A stretch of 64,000 nt of DNA from a virus, in the IMG/VR virus record IMGVR_UViG_3300023179_000033, positions 32,001 through 96,000 of that record; one strand, given 5' to 3'. The position numbers and the translations under genes are program-made. Positions 58,463-64,000 of this stretch are shown piece by piece. The notes beneath the pieces were generated by a model. That model ran no database searches, had not been told where the DNA came from, and saw nothing but the letters and a program-made list of their open reading frames with translations. How positions within the stretch are numbered: position 1 is the stretch's first letter; each line of letters begins with the position of its first letter.

Positions 58463-58491
58463 ATTATACTAATTAAATATAAAGATGTCTA
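58463..58491 (-). promoter_or_regulatory. sigma70-type promoter inside the virion arm
   Basis: Minus strand TAGACA-N17-TATAAT, then AGGAG, upstream of the ATG at 58435. Confidence 0.65.
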
Positions 58492-58532
58492 AAAAAAAGA
58501 AAACCCACGGACTATTAATCCGTGGGCTTTCT
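58491..58532 (-). terminator. intrinsic terminator after the major capsid gene
   Basis: CCCACGGA-loop-TCCGTGGG hairpin followed by a long T tract on the minus strand. Confidence 0.85.
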
Positions 58533-58554
58533 AAATATTTAGTATTATCGTTTA

Positions 58555-59628
58555 TTAGCGAAGTACTAAACCATGAACTGCACGAGAATCAACGCAAGCG
58601 CGTCCTTCTTCGAGGAATCCATAGAAGCCGATTTTCTCGGAACGAGCTACGAATTGATCATCTGGAAGAGCGGTGAATGTTCCACCGGATTCTGCTTGGC
58701 GAGCTACTGGGCGAACAAATGCATCCTTGGTTAGATCCAAGCCTACAAGTATTTCGTCTGAGGCAAGTGTGAATGAACCAGTATAAAATTCTTTGAAGAG
58801 AGAGTTATACTTTTGGCCTACACCTAATTCAATTAGATCATGGATAGAAACTCCATAAATCTCTTGTGTTCCAGCAGCACGATAGATGTCCTCACGAACA
58901 CCATCTGGTAGATTTGTCAATACGTTATTTGTTGGTAATGTATTGGCAGATGTTGTGATGCTAACTGGTTGGTAAGCAAAAGAACGGATATCTTCTTTAA
59001 CCTCAGGGCTAACAAAAATATCTGTTAGACCGTATGCATCTGTGGTTGTACCACCAGCATATGATCTGTTAATTCTTTTGACTTGTGTCATTAGTTTATT
59101 TAGATTATCTAATGTAAATACGGTGCCTGCACCGGGATTTAATACGTTGCCACTTTCAGCAAGTGTTTTTAAAGCTACAGCCCAAGCATTACGTTCTTGT
59201 TTGACGAGAACTTCGTTAGCCATACGTTCAACGGCTTTACTAACTACGTCGAGACGGCCACGACGAGCATAGCGTTTTAGGAAGCTGACAGCGCTATCTA
59301 GACGATAGGTTGCAACTTTCATTTCGGCAAAACCTTCAACTGTTGAAGTTGGAAGACCACCGGCTACACTTTGTGACCATGTAGTTACATAACCTTCACC
59401 ACCATCATACCATAGGTCGAGAGGGATAGAAGGACGATCATCCTCATCATAAGGAAGATCTGTATAGATAGCAGAGGCTGTTGCGGCTTGTAATAGAACT
59501 TTAGCTACGACTGGTCCTAAGAAAGCTGCGAAAGCTTGATTGGCTTCTGCGGCAACTGCGTTATCGCGGCTACCCATAGCTTTTACAAGCTCGATTTGCT
59601 CTGGTGTATTTTTGAGTTTTAATTTCAT
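58555..59628 (-). CDS. major capsid protein (HK97-like fold inferred)
   Basis: 357 aa after protease/scaffold and decoration genes; strong SD AAGGAG, distinct codon usage, terminator; IGFYGFLEEG..CVD.RAV end. Confidence 0.8.
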   Translation of the reverse strand: MKLKLKNTPEQIELVKAMGSRDNAVAAEANQAFAAFLGPVVAKVLLQAATASAIYTDLPYDEDDRPSIPLDLWYDGGEGYVTTWSQSVAGGLPTSTVEGFAEMKVATYRLDSAVSFLKRYARRGRLDVVSKAVERMANEVLVKQERNAWAVALKTLAESGNVLNPGAGTVFTLDNLNKLMTQVKRINRSYAGGTTTDAYGLTDIFVSPEVKEDIRSFAYQPVSITTSANTLPTNNVLTNLPDGVREDIYRAAGTQEIYGVSIHDLIELGVGQKYNSLFKEFYTGSFTLASDEILVGLDLTKDAFVRPVARQAESGGTFTALPDDQFVARSEKIGFYGFLEEGRACVDSRAVHGLVLR

Positions 59629-59651
59629 TTTAAAGTTTCTCCTTTACGAAA

Positions 59652-60230
59652 TTAGAGCATGATCTTTAGCAATGCTGTATTGGATACTGCATTACCAAGG
59701 AATTTGCCGACTGCAACTTCTGTGCCTCTTACAGCGGATACGTTGGCGAGTTCGCCAGCAGTACCACTAACTACTGCAATTTGACCGGCAGTTGCATTAG
59801 CAATTGCGTCGCCACTGTAAAGTACTACGCCACGAGTTAGAACTGGAACAGCTTGTCCAGAAACAACTACGTTCATTTCAGCAGCTTTGCGTGGGTTGAA
59901 AATTAGTTTTTCACCATTTTCGTCTAGTTCACGGACGTCTAGAAGTGTGAGTCCTAGTACATCGCCAGAAGTAGCGAGGGTGACTTTTGGTCTAACTCCG
60001 AATCTTTGAGATTGGGAGAGAGGGAAAGCGGCGCCAACGTTTCCTAGCAATTCAGTTGGTTGATTTGCACTGGAACTTGTTGGGCCGACTGTGAATCCTT
60101 CAGCGGATAGTTTAACAGCAGCACCTCTTGTCAAAATAACAGAACTGTTTTCAGCAGCACCGCTATAAGCAAAAAGATTGAGTACTTCATGTTCACTATA
60201 ATCCCTGAATGGTCTTAATGTATGTGCCAT
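59652..60230 (-). CDS. putative capsid decoration/cement protein
   Basis: Between scaffold and capsid; LRPFRDY.EH, DENGEKL, GQAVPVLTRG; SD AAGGAG. Confidence 0.65.
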   Translation of the reverse strand: MAHTLRPFRDYSEHEVLNLFAYSGAAENSSVILTRGAAVKLSAEGFTVGPTSSSANQPTELLGNVGAAFPLSQSQRFGVRPKVTLATSGDVLGLTLLDVRELDENGEKLIFNPRKAAEMNVVVSGQAVPVLTRGVVLYSGDAIANATAGQIAVVSGTAGELANVSAVRGTEVAVGKFLGNAVSNTALLKIML

Positions 60231-60250
60231 ATTAGTTTCTCCTTGTTTAT

Positions 60251-60925
60251 TTAGTTTATTAATTCAAATCCGTCCAAACCGAAAGCGGCAGCATATTTTT
60301 CTTTAATGCTTGGCTGTGCGGCTGGGGCCGAATTTGGAATTTCTGTAGAAGCTTTTGCGCCATTATCTACAGCTTGCTCAACAACTTCTTGGGTTGTTTC
60401 TGCAGCTGGAGCTTCAGATGCTTTTACTTCGGAAGTTTGCATGGCTTTTTCAGCCATTTCTTTTTCCTTTTGCATCTTTTCGGCCATAGCTTTTTTGTAA
60501 GCTTTGCTTTTCTCTTTCATAAGAACAGACATTTTGTTCTTATAAGCAGAGAAAGTTTCTTCATTTAAATCTTTAATATCAGAAGCAATGACTTTGCGAT
60601 CTTCATCAGATAGATCGAATTCTTCGTCTAAGGAAGCCATGCGTAGATTAAATGCTTCTTCTTTGTCTTTGGCTTCTTTTTCTGCTTCGATTGTGGCTAA
60701 TTTTTCAGTTAATTCAAGAACTTGTTTTTTAACTGCTTCATGCTCTGCTTCAACAGCAGAGATTTTTTCATTAGCAGCTTTTAATTCATTTTCTTTAGCA
60801 GATTTTTCTGCTAAGAAAGTTTCATTAGCTTTTTTGATCTCTTCTGCAACAAATTCAACGATTGAACTGGCTGTTGCTTCCTTAAGAAGAGAATCAGTAA
60901 TATCTTCAATTTTGGTTATTTTCAT
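60251..60925 (-). CDS. possible nested in-frame scaffold protein (MKITKIEDI..., 224 aa)
   Basis: Internal AGAGGA SD-like sequence 5 nt before an in-frame ATG, at the start of the coiled coil. Confidence 0.5.
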   Translation of the reverse strand: MKITKIEDITDSLLKEATASSIVEFVAEEIKKANETFLAEKSAKENELKAANEKISAVEAEHEAVKKQVLELTEKLATIEAEKEAKDKEEAFNLRMASLDEEFDLSDEDRKVIASDIKDLNEETFSAYKNKMSVLMKEKSKAYKKAMAEKMQKEKEMAEKAMQTSEVKASEAPAAETTQEVVEQAVDNGAKASTEIPNSAPAAQPSIKEKYAAAFGLDGFELIN

Positions 60926-61831
60926 ATATATCCTCTCTTTTTTTACATTTAATTTTTCCTCTTGGGAAACAGTATTTTCAGAAGCAAGAACTGGCTCTTG
61001 GGCTAATTCCGCTACTTTTTCCTCTTGGACCTCTGTTTCTTCAGAACTTTTATTGACTTTTAATTCAATTCTAATTGGTTGTTCTGGTGGTGTTGCTACA
61101 CCTTGAACATCAGCGGCTGGATTTAATGTAAATCCAATACCAAGAGGTACTACTTTACCCAAAACTTGTCTATATATAAATTTATCATCTCCTAATCTAC
61201 CATTTCCACCAAATCCTCTTAAATTATCTTTAATTTTCTCTATTTGAGATGCATCAGAAATTACTGTGCCATTTTCAATATTTTTTTCTGCTGGATCTAA
61301 TACTACAATATTAAATTCATTAAATCCAAGTTCCCAACTAGCTGAAATTGTCATATAATTATCGCTTGTTGGATCGTTAGATTCTTCAATTTGATCAGCA
61401 AGATCGCGGTCAACTACTTTCCAAATAACGCCTCCAAGAGTAATATTAAATGGAGTTTTCATTGATTTTACATCAACTTCTGCAAGACTCTCATTTGTGC
61501 CAAATTTACTAAAATTAGATGAGAGAATACATCCAATAACTTGACTACGATTATGTTCAATATTAATTGGTTTATTAACAAAAAGTTTAGCTATTCTAGT
61601 GGCAGTTTCTCCATCAATTACATCGCCATTTTTATTAACACGATTTACAACGCAAGCATCAAAAGCTACTGGAAGAAGATCAACATTATCTTCTGTATTA
61701 ATTTCTGGTAAAAATTTTCTTAATTTATCAAGAGAAGCGACTGAAAGATATTTATCTTTTTCTTCACTTACTACTGGGCGAATCTTAATATTTGCAAAAG
61801 CTGATTCAAATTTAAATTTTTGTTTTTTCAT
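60251..61831 (-). CDS. prohead protease-scaffold fusion
   Basis: NKNGD, KPINIEH, SASWE, GIGFT.NPA protease motifs, then an E/K/A-rich coiled coil. Confidence 0.8.
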   Translation of the reverse strand: MKKQKFKFESAFANIKIRPVVSEEKDKYLSVASLDKLRKFLPEINTEDNVDLLPVAFDACVVNRVNKNGDVIDGETATRIAKLFVNKPINIEHNRSQVIGCILSSNFSKFGTNESLAEVDVKSMKTPFNITLGGVIWKVVDRDLADQIEESNDPTSDNYMTISASWELGFNEFNIVVLDPAEKNIENGTVISDASQIEKIKDNLRGFGGNGRLGDDKFIYRQVLGKVVPLGIGFTLNPAADVQGVATPPEQPIRIELKVNKSSEETEVQEEKVAELAQEPVLASENTVSQEEKLNVKKERIYMKITKIEDITDSLLKEATASSIVEFVAEEIKKANETFLAEKSAKENELKAANEKISAVEAEHEAVKKQVLELTEKLATIEAEKEAKDKEEAFNLRMASLDEEFDLSDEDRKVIASDIKDLNEETFSAYKNKMSVLMKEKSKAYKKAMAEKMQKEKEMAEKAMQTSEVKASEAPAAETTQEVVEQAVDNGAKASTEIPNSAPAAQPSIKEKYAAAFGLDGFELIN

Positions 61832-62415
61832 ATTTCAAATCTTCCATAACCAAATATTACACCATCTTCTTCGTCATCGAGATATAATTCGTCTGCGGAG
61901 CTAAAATCAAAATCATTTAAATTATATTTTTTAATATCTATATCTGCTAATTCAAAGTCTTCGTCTGATGGTTCTAACATTGCTTCAACAGTAATTTCTG
62001 TTTTAGCTTTAGCAATATCACTATCTGCTTTTCTATAAGCATCTTTTACTTTTCCGCCTCGCACCATTTTAAGAAACATGTTCACGCGGGCTAATGCCCA
62101 AGAAGTTCTTGATTGTCCCGGCCTATGAGAAGAAGAGAATGCGCCAGCGCCACGGCGAAATACTTTTTTTAATTGACCTAATGTTACTTTTTTGCTATAT
62201 TTTGAATTATGTTCTTTTACTTTATTTTTTAGAGCTTCAATTACTTTTTTAGAAAAATCAATAGCTTTATCGCTTTTTGTTCCTGCGCTACCGGGTTTAT
62301 TACGACTTGATCCTTTGCGTCTTTCAGATGGTTTTGATGGAGTTTGAGCAGCAGATTTTGGACCTTTTCTTTTGGCATTATTTTCTATGCCATATTTTTC
62401 TGGATCGTAAGTCAT
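61828..62415 (-). CDS. DUF5824-like basic/acidic protein
   Basis: LKKVFRRGAGAFSSSHRPG.SRTSWALARVNMFL motif. Confidence 0.6.
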   Translation of the reverse strand: MTYDPEKYGIENNAKRKGPKSAAQTPSKPSERRKGSSRNKPGSAGTKSDKAIDFSKKVIEALKNKVKEHNSKYSKKVTLGQLKKVFRRGAGAFSSSHRPGQSRTSWALARVNMFLKMVRGGKVKDAYRKADSDIAKAKTEITVEAMLEPSDEDFELADIDIKKYNLNDFDFSSADELYLDDEEDGVIFGYGRFEI

Positions 62416-62445
62416 ATATCTATTAAATAATATTATTTAATAATA

Positions 62446-62451
62446 TTACAC
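62446..62451 (-). promoter_or_regulatory. GTGTAA putative late-promoter motif for the head operon
   Basis: Intergenic, 30 nt before the ATG at 62415. Confidence 0.6.
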
Positions 62452-62480
62452 ATAATTCTATTATTTTTAATTAATTTTAA

Positions 62481-62630
62481 TTATTTATTATATAATTCTT
62501 CTGTGGCATCATACGCAGCACCAGAAGTTGGTGTTTCGGGATATTTTGTTGGTAATTCTCTGCTTGAATAATCAGGCTCTGAACAACCTATTAATAAAAA
62601 TAAAGGTAATATTAATACTAACTTATTCAT
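62481..62630 (-). CDS. small lipoprotein (possible o-spanin/Bor-like), not in the ORF track
   Basis: MNKLVLILPLFLLIG-CSEPDYSSRELPTKYPETPTSGAAYDATEELYNK*; lipobox LIGC; GTGTAA 8 nt upstream (62639-62644). Confidence 0.75.
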   Translation of the reverse strand: MNKLVLILPLFLLIGCSEPDYSSRELPTKYPETPTSGAAYDATEELYNK

Positions 62631-62638
62631 AATAAATA

Positions 62639-63265
62639 TTACACATTTAATGATTCTTCAATTATTTTAGCTTCTGCATCTCTACGGCGACTCATTCCTT
62701 TTTCTATACTTCCACCAATCCATATTCTTTTCATTGCGCGAATTTGCTCTCCAATTTGAGATAATGTTTTTTGATCAAAATTTTGTGTTCTAGCCATAAT
62801 ATCTCGAATAGCTTTCATCTCGCGCCTACGATCTCCTTCTAAAGCTGCACCACGATTAAATACAAGACTAACTAATCCACCTTTAGCATCTTCTGGAAGT
62901 TTATCAAAATTAGGAAAAGTTTCGCGGCTAAGATTATAAAATTTACTTACAGTTTTATTCATAAATACTTTTACTGCAAGATCCCAAGGTATAGTTATAT
63001 CTTTTAAACGACGAGCAAGATCTTTTGCATTATATCCTTTTGTTCCTACAACTTTATATAAACGATCAAAAGTTTCTTTTGGAAGATCTTTCCAATCGTT
63101 AGTGAATTCAGTTTTATTCACATATCCAGTATCATAACCTACGCCAATTGTGACTCCACTTTGCTCTCCGGGCCAAGTTGGATTTTTCAAAAATTTATTA
63201 TAATAATTTTCACCACCACCGACTTCGAAATCAAATATGAGTTTTAAAGATTTATCGTTAAGCAT
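62639..63265 (-). CDS. lysozyme-fold endolysin (pesticin/T4L-like)
   Basis: LIFDFEVG, WPG..SGVTIGVGYD, LVSLVFNRG, GMSRRRDAEA. Confidence 0.85.
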   Translation of the reverse strand: MLNDKSLKLIFDFEVGGGENYYNKFLKNPTWPGEQSGVTIGVGYDTGYVNKTEFTNDWKDLPKETFDRLYKVVGTKGYNAKDLARRLKDITIPWDLAVKVFMNKTVSKFYNLSRETFPNFDKLPEDAKGGLVSLVFNRGAALEGDRRREMKAIRDIMARTQNFDQKTLSQIGEQIRAMKRIWIGGSIEKGMSRRRDAEAKIIEESLNV

Positions 63266-63267
63266 TT

Positions 63268-63999
63268 TTATTCAAAATAAATAAAAGGTTTATAAAAATA
63301 AATTGAGCCACTATTAGTTGGATTAGGTCCACTACCAACAAAATAACTAAGCCATTCTGCAAAAAACATTTGCAAAGAAGCGTATCGTGCTTTTCCATTT
63401 GTTTGATCTCCATTAGATGTAGAGAAGGTTGGAATGTCAACTGTATCTGAAATTTTATTAAAGATATCACGTTTGGCTATATAATTAAATGGTATAGTTA
63501 TATTATCCAGATTAGTTAAAAAAATAGAACTTCTTCTTCTTACTTTAACTTTACTTTGAAGTGGGCCAACCCATTGACACATTGCATTTGATCCTAGGTC
63601 TGCGTCAAAATTTACATAATCAGATTGTACATTTTGATTAATTCCATATAAAGACTGTAATGCACTCAAAGCAGCAGTACCATTAGATGATTTAATGATG
63701 TTTATATTAACATAACTATGATATCCTAAGAGAGGATCAACAAAATGTAAACATAATCCACCAAAATTCTCACCTCTGGGAGGATCATCATTTTTCATTA
63801 AATATTTTACTCCGTATCTTATTTTTGTTGCCCATGATGGGATTTCTACTAGTTGTTCTGTTCCATATTTTACCCAAGATTGATTATCTGATGGAGAAAA
63901 ACTTGTTGTATTTGTTATAGTTTTAAGATAATTCGTGTTATTTATTGTTAAACCAAATTTTGATCCTGCACCAAACATTTTTAATAATCTTGGTTGAAG
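63268..63999 (-). CDS. hypothetical protein, 5'-truncated by the window edge
   Basis: The frame is open beyond 63978 to the end of the window; beta-rich. Confidence 0.5.
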   Translation of the reverse strand, partial: LQPRLLKMFGAGSKFGLTINNTNYLKTITNTTSFSPSDNQSWVKYGTEQLVEIPSWATKIRYGVKYLMKNDDPPRGENFGGLCLHFVDPLLGYHSYVNINIIKSSNGTAALSALQSLYGINQNVQSDYVNFDADLGSNAMCQWVGPLQSKVKVRRRSSIFLTNLDNITIPFNYIAKRDIFNKISDTVDIPTFSTSNGDQTNGKARYASLQMFFAEWLSYFVGSGPNPTNSGSIYFYKPFIYFE

Positions 64000-64000
64000 T

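Noticed and set aside
28917-61904. Short opposite-strand or alternate-frame ORFs from the track (e.g. 56748..57191, 58485..58676, 60588..61106)
   Set aside because: They are shadows of strong genes on the other strand, with no start signals or motifs. One overlaps the capsid terminator.
1-64000. Stop-codon reassignment
   Set aside because: Standard-code ORFs tile the window almost completely and conserved proteins are full length. The splits seen have their own starts, overlaps or frame changes.
1-64000. tRNA, rRNA, structured ncRNA, integrase, tail sheath, terminase or portal genes
   Set aside because: Intergenic gaps are short and AT-rich with no cloverleaf or long structure seen, and no ORF shows the relevant motifs. 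These genes may lie outside the window.

Overview
This window is a 64-kb, very AT-rich, densely coding segment of a large tailed dsDNA phage, probably with a long non-contractile tail, read in the standard code. It has two convergent arms that meet at about 25,896. The + arm (1-25,895) holds a surface-sugar cluster (glycosyltransferases, SAM methyltransferases, an RfbH/DdhC-type 3-dehydratase, an epimerase, Gmd) and a replication module. That module has a RecA-like ATPase, a Vsr/DUF559-like nuclease, DnaB with an Ala1 class-3 LAGLIDADG intein, ThyX with an HNH intein, a primase, a PD-(D/E)xK exonuclease, a DnaE polymerase split into PHP, DnaQ and core genes, a Whirly-like SSB, a GT4 plus split GT9 pair, and an annealing protein. 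The - arm (25,898-64,000) is the virion module: endolysin, small lipoprotein, protease/scaffold, decoration protein, major capsid, fibres and LamG proteins, neck, tail tube, chaperones, a 2,404-aa tape measure and tail-tip proteins. The most notable observations are: (1) a strong (S/T)-G dipeptide bias in many outer virion proteins, together with phage-encoded sugar and heptosyltransferase-like machinery, suggesting a virion O-glycosylation system; (2) a tape measure with repeated GF(I/V)PNF motifs bracketing a PD-(D/E)xK-like cargo domain; (3) a two-tier promoter system, with near-leaderless sigma70 promoters for early genes and a GTGTAA motif upstream of late genes. All functional calls come from motif recognition by eye; no database searches were run, and counts are hand counts.
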